DNA of 64,000 bases from an uncultured Candidatus Saccharibacteria bacterium (GTDB lineage: Bacteria; Patescibacteriota; Minisyncoccia; Phycocordibacterales; Zambryskibacteraceae), in the NCBI GenBank assembly GCA_964651655.1, contig CAZYVS010000002.1:29471-93470 (forward strand), written 5' to 3'. The notes beneath the pieces were generated by a model. The model did not search any database, was not told the origin of the DNA, and saw only the letters and a list, made by a program, of their open reading frames with translations. A program made the position numbers and the translations under genes. Shown here in pieces: positions 20,600 to 30,201 of the stretch (position 1 is the stretch's first letter; each line of letters opens with the position of its first letter).

Positions 20600-20648
20600 A
20601 TAAAAATAAAAACAGGGGTAACCATCATATAAAACGATGGTTACCCCT
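20600..20648 (-). terminator. Intrinsic terminator after lipoprotein gene
   Basis: 13-bp stem AGGGGTAACCATC; U-rich tail on minus strand. Confidence 0.8.
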
Positions 20649-20666
20649 CTTGGCCTCGGTTATTGT

Positions 20667-21152
20667 TTAGTTAACGCCGGCGGTTTTTTGCGCGCCGCAG
20701 TTATCTGCATGGTAGCCAGACGCCTGACTACCGCACACTCTCGTCTCCTCGAGAGTGTGCATGATATACCGACCACGGGGGTCAAACTGAACCATCAGCG
20801 TCTGAGATACCTTCTCCTGTTGAGTAAAGGCTCCCATAAGTCCAAACCATCCCACCGCGTGTTCCGAGCGATGTTGACTACCATCGTTGTAGGCATAGAC
20901 TGCTACACTTCCCCCGTCACTCATGGTGGTGGTCGTTACCGGAGACTTCTGCAGAAGCAGACTGACCTCGTTCTTAGTCATTCCTGACCTCAATCGGGTC
21001 AACTGATCACCGTCGATCTTTTTCGGTTTGGAAGCAAGAGAACTTTCCATTCCGGCGATGCCAGTCTCTATACCAGAAATGGCAAGTGACATGGCAAGTT
21101 GAGCACAACCCGGGAGAAAAACCGCCAATAGAACAAGAAGCAAAATATACAT
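20667..21152 (-). CDS. Putative lipoprotein, SmpA/BamE-like
   Basis: LPGC lipobox; LRSGMTKNEVSLLL; L.VQFD; SD GAAAGGAG. Confidence 0.6.
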   Translation of the reverse strand: MYILLLVLLAVFLPGCAQLAMSLAISGIETGIAGMESSLASKPKKIDGDQLTRLRSGMTKNEVSLLLQKSPVTTTTMSDGGSVAVYAYNDGSQHRSEHAVGWFGLMGAFTQQEKVSQTLMVQFDPRGRYIMHTLEETRVCGSQASGYHADNCGAQKTAGVN

Positions 21153-21248
21153 AACACTCTCCTTTCACGGTTGGTGTAAAAAAACAGACTTTAAGAAACA
21201 TTGTCTAACATATATTATGCACAAATTATTCTATAAATCAATATGTGC

Positions 21249-21273
21249 AATACGGAGGCAACGCCTCCGTTAC
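21249..21273. repeat. REP-like palindrome ACGGAGGC-N3-GCCTCCGT
   Basis: 23/25 identical to 22176-22200. Confidence 0.8.
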
Positions 21274-21321
21274 GTAATTGAGCAATCACAGAAATTAGAT
21301 AGTCCCGTGGCTTATCAAAAT

Positions 21322-21720
21322 TTAATCGTTAGCTATAGCTAAAACTCTCTTAAGGTAATTACCCTTTAAGTGGTGATCACCCTTAACTTCTAAATATTCA
21401 GCTCTTAATTTTTTGGCCATTTGTTTTGCATATTTTTTCATATGTGTATGTTCTCGATTACCATTTAAGACAAAGATATGACCCTTAGGTTGTTTATATC
21501 TTTGAACTATAGGTGGCGGAGAACATAGAATTAGTTTTTTTATAGGAGACTTATATGCTATCAAATAAGCTAAAACAGCTCCAATAGAAAACCCTATCAA
21601 GACAGAATCTTTAGGTAATTTAGGTAAATTAAAAACATCATCAATAGTAAGATGAAGATAGTACACATATTTAGGGAGTTTATATTTCTTCTCTCCCAAG
21701 CCGGGAATAATGTAAATCAT
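21322..21720 (-). CDS. Minimal alpha/beta hydrolase-like protein
   Basis: YIIPGLGE, GFSIGA (GxSxG), GDHH; start set at ATG 21720. Confidence 0.65.
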   Translation of the reverse strand: MIYIIPGLGEKKYKLPKYVYYLHLTIDDVFNLPKLPKDSVLIGFSIGAVLAYLIAYKSPIKKLILCSPPPIVQRYKQPKGHIFVLNGNREHTHMKKYAKQMAKKLRAEYLEVKGDHHLKGNYLKRVLAIAND

Positions 21721-21725
21721 ATTTG

Positions 21726-21761
21726 TAAAGAAAAGGAGGGGCTTTGTAGAGCCCCTCCCTT
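21726..21761 (-). terminator. Terminator after DUF397 gene
   Basis: GAGGGGCT/AGCCCCTC stem followed by TTTTCTTT on minus strand. Confidence 0.7.
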
Positions 21762-21766
21762 CCGCC

Positions 21767-21988
21767 TCACGTGAGACGTATGTCGACAGGGCCAATGGGG
21801 TTAAATTCTCCTTTCTTTACCCCATTAAGGAACGCTTGCCATTCATTGTTGTTGAAATGAAGAGTTGGACCATTAGGATCTTTGGAAGATCTAACAGCCA
21901 CGCCATTTTCATTGCGAGCAACCGCCACGCACCAGCAGCCCCATTTTTGGCTGTCATCTGCAACGTGGAAATCCTTATCTTCGAACAT
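21767..21988 (-). CDS. DUF397-family small protein
   Basis: CVAVA...VAVRSSKDPNGPTLHFNNNEWQAFLNGVKKGEF; strong SD. Confidence 0.8.
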   Translation of the reverse strand: MFEDKDFHVADDSQKWGCWCVAVARNENGVAVRSSKDPNGPTLHFNNNEWQAFLNGVKKGEFNPIGPVDIRLT

Positions 21989-22135
21989 ATTTTCTCACCT
22001 CCTTTCTGTTCTGAAGTCTAATCTTAATTTATACGAAACAGCTTAGATGTCAAGCCCACTTTTTCTTGAGATTAAAATAGCGTATATTCAATGAAACTTT
22101 ACCGAGGGGAGGACTCTACTACACAAGCAATATAC

Positions 22136-22233
22136 AAGCAAGAACGGTTCTTGCTTAAACTGTATTACATAATGAAATACGGAGGCATTGCCTCCGTTAC
22201 ACCAATGAAATACAGGGGGTGTTGCCCCTGTTA
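22136..22233. repeat. Cluster of three palindromes
   Basis: AAGCAAGAAC-G-GTTCTTGCTT (22136-22156), ACGGAGGCATTGCCTCCGT, ACAGGGGGTGTTGCCCCTGT; the last two are each preceded by AATGAAAT. Confidence 0.75.
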
Positions 22234-22238
22234 TATAA

Positions 22239-22568
22239 TTACTTTTTATCTAGCGATTTCAAATATTCAACAATTCCCTGTCGAATAAACCATGTGAAAT
22301 AAGTACTGAAATAAAAAAGCTCATTTTTTCTCTCCATCATCAGCTCTGCTCTTTCTTTGTACTTTTTTAAAGCAAAATCAAAATGAGCCCAACCTGCTTC
22401 AATTAATTTTTTCTTTGATACTCTCCTTGCCTTTTTATTTTTATAATATGCCTCGGCTATAGCTTCCACTAATGGTTTCAGATATTCTTTAAATTCATCT
22501 TTACTCTGCTCATCTTGCAAAGCATTTTCAATCATTTCTAATTCTTTTTCAAATCTTTTTCCAAGCAT
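22239..22568 (-). CDS. Stand-alone sigma-70 region-2-like protein (109 aa)
   Basis: LKPLVEAIAEAY, LIEAG, FSTYFTWFIRQGI resemble sigma70 regions 2.1-2.4. Confidence 0.7.
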   Translation of the reverse strand: MLGKRFEKELEMIENALQDEQSKDEFKEYLKPLVEAIAEAYYKNKKARRVSKKKLIEAGWAHFDFALKKYKERAELMMERKNELFYFSTYFTWFIRQGIVEYLKSLDKK

Positions 22569-22581
22569 AATTTTTATTTTT

Positions 22582-22615
22582 TAAGGGGCTAGCGAGAAAA
22601 CTCGCTAGCCCCTTA
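22582..22615. other. Perfect 15-bp hairpin between peptide and sigma-like genes
   Basis: TAAGGGGCTAGCGAG-AAAA-CTCGCTAGCCCCTTA; followed by an A-run, not a U-run, on the coding strand. Confidence 0.8.
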
Positions 22616-22637
22616 GTCTTTAACCCACATGTAGGCG

Positions 22638-22820
22638 CTACTCGAGTGGATCTTTGCTGGTCTCGACGGCTTCGTTGACATAGTCTAGCTCTGCTTGATT
22701 CTCACCGGATGAACCGCGAGATTCAGCCTGTCCCCGCTCGACATCGCGACCAGCCTGTTCATTGCTCGGAGGGCCAAATATGTCACCAAAAAACTCACCA
22801 AAGAACGATTTGCCGCCCAT
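22638..22820 (-). CDS. Small acidic orphan peptide (60 aa)
   Basis: SD AGAAAGGAGGTGA before ATG 22820; TTGACA upstream. Confidence 0.6.
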   Translation of the reverse strand: MGGKSFFGEFFGDIFGPPSNEQAGRDVERGQAESRGSSGENQAELDYVNEAVETSKDPLE

Positions 22821-22911
22821 ATTTCTCACCTCCTTTCTATGCTAAAGTCCGACCACAATATAGTACAAGTAACACTCCCATGTCAATCGATCACATTTAA
22901 GAATTTTGTCG

Positions 22912-22949
22912 ATACGTTAATGTAATGCGGTCGCATTAAAGTAACGTAT
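22912..22949. repeat. Solo 38-bp palindromic site, same family as the PaaX-like gene flanks
   Basis: Reverse complement 35/38 identical to 34594-34631. Confidence 0.9.
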
Positions 22950-22994
22950 GTCTATAAACACTATGTTTGTGTTATAGTAGCAACGTTATTGACA

Positions 22995-23065
22995 GGGCTC
23001 ATAGTAAAGTGGTATTACACGGCATTCGCATTGCCGAGTCCCGGGTTCAATCCCCGGTGAGTCCA
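22995..23065 (+). tRNA. tRNA-Ala(CGC)
   Basis: GGGCTCA/TGAGTCC acceptor with G3:U70; CGGCA-TTCGCAT-TGCCG; GTTCAATC T-arm; CCA not encoded. Confidence 0.9.
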
Positions 23066-23114
23066 CCGACAGAACCGTCGATGATAAAATGTTCTCCAAA
23101 GCGCATTAAGAACA

Positions 23115-23978
23115 TTATAATCCCAACTTCTTTAATTCTTCAACAAATTTATACGCCTCTTTGGAAAGTTTTTCCGGAATCTGCACGGCGATGCGAATAT
23201 AAAGATCGCCGCGACCTCTGGCGCTAGTGCCATGAGGCACGCCCCGGCCTTTCACCCGCAGAATACTGCCGTGCTTGGTACCGGCCGAAATCTTTAGAGT
23301 AATTTCTCCGTCAAGAGTATGAATGACTTTTTCCGCGCCGAGAAGCGCTTCGGTCAATTTGACATCCAAATCCATTATCAAATTGTATCCTTCCTTGCGC
23401 AGATAGGGATGTTTCCTGACATGCACTTTGACATAAAGATCGCCGGGCACACCGCCTTCAAGAATCTCGCCTTGACCGTTCAGACGGATCATTTGACCAT
23501 CATCAATGCCGGGCGGCACACCGATTGATACTTCTTTTTGTTTGACAAATTTTGAATTGATCACTACCTTTCTCTCCGCGCCGAAAATTGATTCTTGGAA
23601 AGAAAGTTCAATATCCACCGCAATGTCGCGTCCGCGCCTAACTCTGCGTCCACCAAAGATGCTTGAGAGTATATCTCCCAAGTCTCCTGTATCAAAACCG
23701 GCAGAGTTGAAACCGGAGAAATCAAAACCGAAACCAGATGGGTCGAATCCTGCTTGTCCCGAGCCTGTCGAAGGGCCCGCCCCGAACGTATCATATTGAG
23801 CGCGCTTCTTTTTATCCGAGAGCACGGCGTAGGCCTCGCTCGCCTCTTTAAACTTTGCTTCGTTACCGCCGGATTTGTCCGGATGATGAACATGCGCCAG
23901 TTTGCGGAAGGCTTTTTTTATTTCCTCCTCGCTCGCGTTCTTATTGACCCCTAATATTTTATAGTAATCTTTACTCAT
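23115..23978 (-). CDS. dnaJ: DnaJ-class chaperone without zinc finger
   Basis: J domain with HPD, G/F region, GDLY motifs; no CxxCxGxG. Confidence 0.9.
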   Translation of the reverse strand: MSKDYYKILGVNKNASEEEIKKAFRKLAHVHHPDKSGGNEAKFKEASEAYAVLSDKKKRAQYDTFGAGPSTGSGQAGFDPSGFGFDFSGFNSAGFDTGDLGDILSSIFGGRRVRRGRDIAVDIELSFQESIFGAERKVVINSKFVKQKEVSIGVPPGIDDGQMIRLNGQGEILEGGVPGDLYVKVHVRKHPYLRKEGYNLIMDLDVKLTEALLGAEKVIHTLDGEITLKISAGTKHGSILRVKGRGVPHGTSARGRGDLYIRIAVQIPEKLSKEAYKFVEELKKLGL

Positions 23979-25843
23979 TATTTAGTTTCAGCGTCTTTGA
24001 TATCTGGATTTTCCGGCGGTTTTTGTTGTTGATCGTCAGTTGTTTGTTGTTTATTAAGATATTCTCCGATTTTTTGTATTTCTGTCGAAAGAGCTTCGGT
24101 GGCAGACTTGATCGAATCAATTGTACCACTCTCTTTTTCTTTCTTGAGCCCCGTTATTTTCTCGTTGATCAGAGTCTTGATATCGTCCGGCACATTGGCG
24201 TTGTCTTTCAGAGATTTCTCGGCGGTATAGATGAGTTGTTCTGCCATATTTTTCGCATCAACCAAATCTTTTTTTTTCTGATCTTCCGCGGCGTTGGCTT
24301 CCGCGTCCTTTTGCATCTTTTCAATTTCGCCCTTCGATAGACCGGAGCTGGCTTCTATTCTGATGGATTGTTCTTTGCCTGTAGTTTTATCTTTCGCCTT
24401 CACATTCAAGATACCATTGGCGTCAACGTCAAAGGTCACTTCTATCTGCGGCATACCGCGCGGCGCGGGCGGTATGCCATCCAGAATGAATCGGCCAAGC
24501 GATTTGTTGTCGGCGGCCATGGCTCGTTCGCCTTGGACAATATGAATTTCCACAGAAGTTTGACTGTCGGCCGCGGTTGAAAATATCTGCGATTTCGCCG
24601 AAGGAATGGTGGTATTTTTCTCAATCAACTTGGTGGCCACTCCACCCATGGTTTCAATACCAAGCGAAAGCGGAATGACATCAAGCAAAAGCACGTCCTT
24701 AACATCACCGGCCAAAATTCCTCCTTGAATGGCGGCGCCGAGAGCCACCACTTCATCCGGGTTAATAGACTTGTTTGGTTCTTTGCCAAAAAATTTCTTA
24801 ACTGATTCCACTATCGCCGGCATGCGCGTCTGACCTCCCACCAAAATCACTTCATGCAAATCGCCAACTTTAAAAGGAGACGCTCCCATAGCGCGCTTGG
24901 TAATTTCCATCGCTCGGCTTAGAAATTCATTAGAAAGTTCTTCAAGCTTGGCTCTGGAAAGTTTCAAAAGCAGATGTCTGGGGCCGGATGCATCTGAGGT
25001 AATAAAAGGTATGTTAATTTCAGTTTCTGTCGCCGTGGAGAGCTCGATCTTGGCTTTCTCCGCGGCCTCATCGAGTCTTTGGAGCGCCAAGGCATCCGTC
25101 CTAACGTCAATGCCGGACTCCTTTTTAAATTCTTCCGCGATATAATTGAGAACTTTTTGATCTATATCTTTGCCTCCCAAATGCGAATCGCCATCGGTTG
25201 ACTTTACTTCAACCACATCATCCCCCACTTCAAGGATTGAGATATCAAAGGTGCCGCCGCCAAAGTCAAAGACGGCAATTTTTTCATTCTTCTTTTTATT
25301 AAAACCGTAAGCCAGAGCGGCGGCGGTCGGCTCATTGATAATGCGCTTAACATCCAAGCCGGCAATCTGACCGGCATCTTTGGTGGCCTGACGTTGAGAG
25401 TCGTTAAAGTAAGCCGGCACGGTAATAATGGCTTCCGTAATTTTTTCGCCCAACTTGGTTTCGGCATCTGTTTTCAATTTTTGAAGAATCATGGCGGAAA
25501 TTTCTTCGGGACGATAATCCTTATCAGACATCTTCACCAACACTCCGCCGGTAACGCCGGCCTTGACTTCAAAGGGCACGGTAGCTTTATCTTTTTGAAC
25601 CGCCGGGTCGGAGAAAGTGTGGCCTATAAATCGTTTAATGCCAAAAATCGTGTTTTTAGGATTAGTGACGGCCTGACGCTTGGCTAAAAGCCCCACTAGA
25701 CGATCGCCTGTTTTAGACACCGCAACAATGGAAGGTGTGGTACGCGCCCCTTCGGCATTTTCTATAATTCTCGGCTGGCCCGCTTCCATCACCGCTACCG
25801 CGGAGTTTGTAGTGCCAAGATCAATACCAATTATTTTTGCCAT
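23978..25843 (-). CDS. dnaK: Chaperone DnaK
   Basis: [23 protein letters not shown]. Confidence 0.98.
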   Translation of the reverse strand: MAKIIGIDLGTTNSAVAVMEAGQPRIIENAEGARTTPSIVAVSKTGDRLVGLLAKRQAVTNPKNTIFGIKRFIGHTFSDPAVQKDKATVPFEVKAGVTGGVLVKMSDKDYRPEEISAMILQKLKTDAETKLGEKITEAIITVPAYFNDSQRQATKDAGQIAGLDVKRIINEPTAAALAYGFNKKKNEKIAVFDFGGGTFDISILEVGDDVVEVKSTDGDSHLGGKDIDQKVLNYIAEEFKKESGIDVRTDALALQRLDEAAEKAKIELSTATETEINIPFITSDASGPRHLLLKLSRAKLEELSNEFLSRAMEITKRAMGASPFKVGDLHEVILVGGQTRMPAIVESVKKFFGKEPNKSINPDEVVALGAAIQGGILAGDVKDVLLLDVIPLSLGIETMGGVATKLIEKNTTIPSAKSQIFSTAADSQTSVEIHIVQGERAMAADNKSLGRFILDGIPPAPRGMPQIEVTFDVDANGILNVKAKDKTTGKEQSIRIEASSGLSKGEIEKMQKDAEANAAEDQKKKDLVDAKNMAEQLIYTAEKSLKDNANVPDDIKTLINEKITGLKKEKESGTIDSIKSATEALSTEIQKIGEYLNKQQTTDDQQQKPPENPDIKDAETK

Positions 25844-25856
25844 ATATTTATGTAAA

Positions 25857-26387
25857 TTAATTTGTAATAAACGCCCCAACTTTCACTTTCGCCGGACGAA
25901 CTACTTTACCATTCAATTTATACCCTTTCTGTAAAACTTCCAAGACTTTATGATCCGTCTCGTCCGTATCTACGGGAATAGCGGCTAACGCCTCGTGTTC
26001 ATGTGGACTGAAAGTTTCATTTAGAGAATCTATCTCCTCCAGACCATTGGCCTTAAGCACCGCGAATAACTGATTGTATAAAGGCTCAAAGTCTTTATGG
26101 CCCTGGCTCAAGGCTATATTAAAACTATCAAGCACGGGAATCAATGCCTCAATCAGAGAGAGCTCGGCAAATTTGATAAACTCCGATTTTGCTTCTTCAT
26201 CGCGTCGGCGGAAATTGGCAAAATCCGCTTGCGCTCTTTGCCAACCATCAAGATACTCTTTGGCCTTGGCCTCCGCCTCCTTCAGACGTTCTCGGAGTTT
26301 CTTTATTAATATTTGAGCTGATTCTTCCTCTACTACGGAATCATCTAAATCAGACTTATCTATTTCAATATTATCTTCTTCTTTCAT
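25857..26387 (-). CDS. grpE: Nucleotide exchange factor GrpE
   Basis: [24 protein letters not shown]. Confidence 0.95.
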   Translation of the reverse strand: MKEEDNIEIDKSDLDDSVVEEESAQILIKKLRERLKEAEAKAKEYLDGWQRAQADFANFRRRDEEAKSEFIKFAELSLIEALIPVLDSFNIALSQGHKDFEPLYNQLFAVLKANGLEEIDSLNETFSPHEHEALAAIPVDTDETDHKVLEVLQKGYKLNGKVVRPAKVKVGAFITN

Positions 26388-26396
26388 ACCAATTAC

Positions 26397-26795
26397 TTAA
26401 CGCTTACTCCACTTTGGGGCCTTGCGGGCTTTCTTGAGGCCGAATTTTCTGCGTTCTTTGGCGCGAGGGTCGCGTTTTAGAAATCCTTTAATCTTAAGCT
26501 TGGCACGCAGATCGGGATCAAAAGAAACAAGCGCTCGACCCAGACCATGCTTCAAGGCTTCAGCTTGCGAAGAAATACCCCCACCATTAAGTCTGGCCGT
26601 TACCTGGAACTTGTTTTCCGTGTTATCAAAAATAGATAAAACGGTTCTTTGGAGCATCGGTGTAGGAAAATATTTCTCCAAGTCTTTGCCATTTACAGAG
26701 ATGGAAACTTTTGAAGCGGGAGTCATACGTACTCTGGCCACAGAGGTCTTTCGTCTGCCAACCGCTTCGGTATATTTTTCTTTTTTTTCCATCAT
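26397..26795 (-). CDS. rpsI: 30S ribosomal protein S9
   Basis: GRRKTSVARV, GGG, KARKAPKWSKR. Confidence 0.97.
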   Translation of the reverse strand: MMEKKEKYTEAVGRRKTSVARVRMTPASKVSISVNGKDLEKYFPTPMLQRTVLSIFDNTENKFQVTARLNGGGISSQAEALKHGLGRALVSFDPDLRAKLKIKGFLKRDPRAKERRKFGLKKARKAPKWSKR

Positions 26796-26798
26796 ATT

Positions 26799-26822
26799 AT
26801 TTATAGTGAGTTTGTCGAACTA
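26799..26822 (-). repeat. Stop-codon-anchored intergenic motif, copy 2
   Basis: TAGTTCGACAAACTCACTATAAAT between rplM and rpsI. Confidence 0.85.
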
Positions 26823-27167
26823 GGCTTTTATGTTCAAATTCTTCATCATTTTGGCGCGTAATTTATTTTTCGGAAGCATACCGTATATTGCCCGACGCAA
26901 TACTTCTTGGGGCCCTTTCGTTTTGACTATATACTCTTGAGATCGTCTTTTGAGATTTCCTGGAAAACCGGAGTGACTGAAATAGCTTTTAGCTTTTAGC
27001 TTCTTAGCTTCTAGCTTCATGGATCCGGTATTCATAACTTCAACCAAGATATCTGGAATACGGTTTCTGGCGAAATCTGTTCTATTTTTACCCATCAGAA
27101 ACACGGCCGCTTCCGTTGCGACCCGGCCCGGCACTCTGCCTTTTGCGTCTATAATATGTTTTTTCAT
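26820..27167 (-). CDS. rplM: 50S ribosomal protein L13 (short)
   Basis: IIDAKG..PGRVAT, HSGFPG, GMLPKNKL. Confidence 0.95.
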   Translation of the reverse strand: MKKHIIDAKGRVPGRVATEAAVFLMGKNRTDFARNRIPDILVEVMNTGSMKLEAKKLKAKSYFSHSGFPGNLKRRSQEYIVKTKGPQEVLRRAIYGMLPKNKLRAKMMKNLNIKA

Positions 27168-27189
27168 TTATAGTGAGTTTATCGAACTA
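27166..27189 (-). repeat. Stop-codon-anchored intergenic motif, copy 3
   Basis: TAGTTCGATAAACTCACTATAAAT(G); makes up the whole rplQ-rplM spacer. Confidence 0.85.
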
Positions 27190-27534
27190 TACAAATTCTA
27201 TAATCGCCATGGGACTGGCATCCGTCATCCGCGGTCCCATTTTAATGATACGAGTATAACCTCCGGTTCTATCTTTATACGCCACGGAGAGTTTCTCTGC
27301 AATCTTTTTTGCCGCCGCCGGGCCAATTCGACTTTCCAGAAGACGGCGAGAGGCGATAGTCTGCTTTTTACCCAAAGTAATAAGTTTCTCCATAAAAGGA
27401 CGAAGCGATTGGGCCTTGGGTTCTGTGGTTTTAATTTTATCCTTTAGAGTCAGCGAGCGAGCCAAAGATTTGAGCAAAGCATTTCTTTGATTTTTTTCAC
27501 GGCCAAATTTTCTATTAGCATTATGATGTCGCAT
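27187..27534 (-). CDS. rplQ: 50S ribosomal protein L17
   Basis: MRHH, IKTTEPKA, GGYTRI. Confidence 0.97.
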   Translation of the reverse strand: MRHHNANRKFGREKNQRNALLKSLARSLTLKDKIKTTEPKAQSLRPFMEKLITLGKKQTIASRRLLESRIGPAAAKKIAEKLSVAYKDRTGGYTRIIKMGPRMTDASPMAIIEFV

Positions 27535-27544
27535 AATTTCCGAG

Positions 27545-28525
27545 TTATTTCAACGTAATGCCAAATTCTCCGAGCGCTTTCTTGATTTCTTGTATACCCT
27601 TGGCTCCAAGACCGTCAATATCAAGCAAATCTTTTTCTTTTTTGCGAGCCAAGCCTCCTACAGTGCGAATATTAGCCATAGAAAGCGCGCTTCGAGTACG
27701 AGAGGAAACGTCCAGAGATTCCACACGCGTCTTTAGAATTTCCGGGTCAACGGCCGATTTGACAACCGGGCCATGACTTTCGCGCACGCTCTTGTTTTCA
27801 GTCACGGGCTCGTCTTCTTTGAAACCGACAATGGCCTTGAGCTGATCTATCATAATGCCAATGGCGGCAGAGAGGGCGGCGGAAGGAGAAATGGTGCCGT
27901 CTGTTTCAATAAACATTTTCAGTTTATTGAAATCTGTTCTGTCTCCGACGCGCATGTTTTCAACTTCATAACTGGCTCGACGAATGGGAGTAAAAATGCC
28001 GTCGAGAGCCATAGTCCCGATATCAACGCGGGATTTTTCAATCATTTCTTTCGGCATAAAGCCGAGGCCCTTCTCCGCTTTAATTTCCATATCAAGCACG
28101 GTATTTTTCCCGATGATTGTGGCAATCACTTCATCGGGAGTGAGAATCTCCACCTGTCCGGGAACTTCCAAGTCGGAAGCCCGAACCACCTTCTCGCCTG
28201 CCTGCGTGGCCAAACCCTTAACCTTTAGGTAAAGAATTTGAGGTTCATCAGTGGTAAAACGCATACGAATTCTTTTAAGATTAAGCAGGATAGTAACCAC
28301 ATCTTCCTTTACCCCCTCTAAAACGGTAAACTCATGGTTAACACCGGCAATCTTGACCGAGGTAATGGCCACCCCGGGCAAAGAAGAGAGTATGATGCGG
28401 CGAAGACTGTTACCAAGGGTGTGTCCATATCCGGGATACAAACCTTCAATTTCAAAGACACCGCTTTCTCCTTCTTCAGATATTACTTTTGGTTGTGAGG
28501 GTAAAAGTATTGTGTAATCAGCCAT
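27545..28525 (-). CDS. rpoA: RNA polymerase alpha subunit
   Basis: GYGHTLGNSLRRIILSSLPG; alpha-CTD. Confidence 0.97.
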   Translation of the reverse strand: MADYTILLPSQPKVISEEGESGVFEIEGLYPGYGHTLGNSLRRIILSSLPGVAITSVKIAGVNHEFTVLEGVKEDVVTILLNLKRIRMRFTTDEPQILYLKVKGLATQAGEKVVRASDLEVPGQVEILTPDEVIATIIGKNTVLDMEIKAEKGLGFMPKEMIEKSRVDIGTMALDGIFTPIRRASYEVENMRVGDRTDFNKLKMFIETDGTISPSAALSAAIGIMIDQLKAIVGFKEDEPVTENKSVRESHGPVVKSAVDPEILKTRVESLDVSSRTRSALSMANIRTVGGLARKKEKDLLDIDGLGAKGIQEIKKALGEFGITLK

Positions 28526-28557
28526 AAAAATATAAAAATTAAGGTTAAATTGTAACA

Positions 28558-29163
28558 CTATCTGTTATAGAATTCAATCACCACCCCGAGATCAAAGATA
28601 TTTTCCTTTGCTGCATAGACCGCTTGGCCCAAGACGGTGACTTGTCTCTTCTCCGGATCCGCTTTCAACCACACAGGCATAGCGATAGTTTTCATTCTCT
28701 CTTCAACCTCTCCAAAAAGAGGACTTGAAGCGGAACCGGCGCGCAGACCGACAACATCGCCTTTTGAGAGAAGGATAGAGGGTATGGTGACACGGGCATT
28801 ATTGACTATGATATGTCCATGGCTGGCGGCTTGACGGGCCTGCGCGCGTGTTTTGGCCAAACCGGAGCGATAGACGATATTATCCAACCGGCTCTCCAGA
28901 ATACTAAAAAGTTTTTGAATCGGATCTGAAGCGCGTAAAGCTTTGGCGACGTAGGTTCTAAATTGAGCTTCGCTTAAGCCATAGCTGTAACGAGTTTTTT
29001 GTTTTTCTATCAGTTCCTGGCCGAATTCACTTTTTGGCTTTCGGTGACCTTTATCATTTTTCTCCTTGCGCGCCAATGAAAGCACATACTTCGGGGTTTG
29101 AGTTTTTTCAAAAACTGGAGCCCCCAGACGCCTGGCTATTTTATATTTTGGTCCTATTCGCAT
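28558..29163 (-). CDS. rpsD: 30S ribosomal protein S4
   Basis: LESRLDNIVYR, ARQ..SHGH. Confidence 0.96.
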   Translation of the reverse strand: MRIGPKYKIARRLGAPVFEKTQTPKYVLSLARKEKNDKGHRKPKSEFGQELIEKQKTRYSYGLSEAQFRTYVAKALRASDPIQKLFSILESRLDNIVYRSGLAKTRAQARQAASHGHIIVNNARVTIPSILLSKGDVVGLRAGSASSPLFGEVEERMKTIAMPVWLKADPEKRQVTVLGQAVYAAKENIFDLGVVIEFYNR

Positions 29164-29170
29164 AAAAATT

Positions 29171-29195
29171 ATTTATAGTGAGCATGGTCGAACTA
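29171..29195 (-). repeat. Stop-codon-anchored intergenic motif, copy 4
   Basis: TAGTTCGACCATGCTCACTATAAAT between rpsK and rpsD. Confidence 0.85.
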
Positions 29196-29633
29196 TGTTC
29201 TCCTTGGTTTGGGCGGTTTTGGTCCGTTGTGAGGCACGGCGGTTTTATCTTGAATAGCGGTTAAATTTATACCTTTGGAAATAAAGCCTCTGATAGCCGA
29301 TTCTCGGCCGGAACCAACGCCTTTAATGGCCACCTTGACTTCTTTGACGCCCAAGGCCTGCGCTTTAAGCGCTAAAGTCTCGCCTACCTTGGCAGCCGCA
29401 AACGGCGTACCTTTCTTGGCTCCTTTGAAGCCAAGACTGCCGCTTGAAGACCAGGCTAAAGTATTACCTTTGTTATCAGCCAACATTAGTTTAGTATTGT
29501 TATATGTAGACTCAACATAAAGAACACCCGAGTCGATACGCCTCTTACTTGATTTCTGTTCCTTAGCCGCCTCGGTGTCTGCCGATTTTTCTTCTATTTT
29601 GTCTCTGATTGTAGCTATTTTTTTCTTTCCCAT
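29193..29633 (-). CDS. rpsK: 30S ribosomal protein S11
   Basis: STYNNT, GFKGAKKGTPFAA, PHNG; start at MGKKK. Confidence 0.96.
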   Translation of the reverse strand: MGKKKIATIRDKIEEKSADTEAAKEQKSSKRRIDSGVLYVESTYNNTKLMLADNKGNTLAWSSSGSLGFKGAKKGTPFAAAKVGETLALKAQALGVKEVKVAIKGVGSGRESAIRGFISKGINLTAIQDKTAVPHNGPKPPKPRRT

Positions 29634-29640
29634 TGGATAA

Positions 29641-30018
29641 TTATTTCTTCTCGGCCACCTTGCGTCCCGTACCCATGGTTTTCCTCGCTCCTCGTTTTGT
29701 TCGGGCATTGGATTTGGTGCGCTGACCGTATACCGGAAGATTGCGCATATGGCGCAAGCCCTTATAAGACCTTATCTCTTTCAGTCGTTTAATATTGCCG
29801 GCCACTTCTCTCTTCAAATCACCCTCCAGGGTTAGGCCTTCAATAGCGGAACGAATTTTATTTTCCTCTTCTATGCTGACTTCTTTGGGCTTTTTCCCAA
29901 AAGGCACGCCCGCTTTTTCAAGAATAATTCTGGCTCTTGGACGGCCAATGCCAAAAAGCGTAGTCAGACCGATTTCAAGACGCTTTTCTTCCGGAAGAGT
30001 GATGCCGAGTATTCTCAT
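29641..30018 (-). CDS. rpsM: 30S ribosomal protein S13
   Basis: FGIGR, EGDLKR, LPVYGQRTKSNARTKRG. Confidence 0.97.
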   Translation of the reverse strand: MRILGITLPEEKRLEIGLTTLFGIGRPRARIILEKAGVPFGKKPKEVSIEEENKIRSAIEGLTLEGDLKREVAGNIKRLKEIRSYKGLRHMRNLPVYGQRTKSNARTKRGARKTMGTGRKVAEKK

Positions 30019-30135
30019 TTAACCTTGTCTTTGTTTATGTCGCGGGTTGGCTTTGCAAGTGACGTAAACATAGCCCCTTCTGCGGACTATCTGGCACTTA
30101 GCGCATAATTTTCTGACCGCCGCCTTGACTTTCAT
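30019..30135 (-). CDS. rpmJ: 50S ribosomal protein L36 (not in ORF track)
   Basis: Manual translation [38 protein letters not shown]. Confidence 0.97.
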   Translation of the reverse strand: MKVKAAVRKLCAKCQIVRRRGYVYVTCKANPRHKQRQG

Positions 30136-30201
30136 AACAAGACTGCATTCTAACTCAACTCTGTTTTTCTGTCTACCCCACCAGACCCCGTCTGATTGGG
30201 T

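Noticed and set aside
22091-22288. 65-aa plus-strand ORF or RAYT remnant
   Set aside because: Runs through three palindromes, has no HUH/Tyr motifs and overlaps the end of the sigma-like gene.
22582-22615. Canonical terminator
   Set aside because: No U-tract follows on the coding strand; kept only as a hairpin.
16728-23065. tRNA-integrated island or prophage
   Set aside because: No integrase or phage genes; the accessory block lies 5' of the tRNA and no duplicated tRNA 3' end was found.
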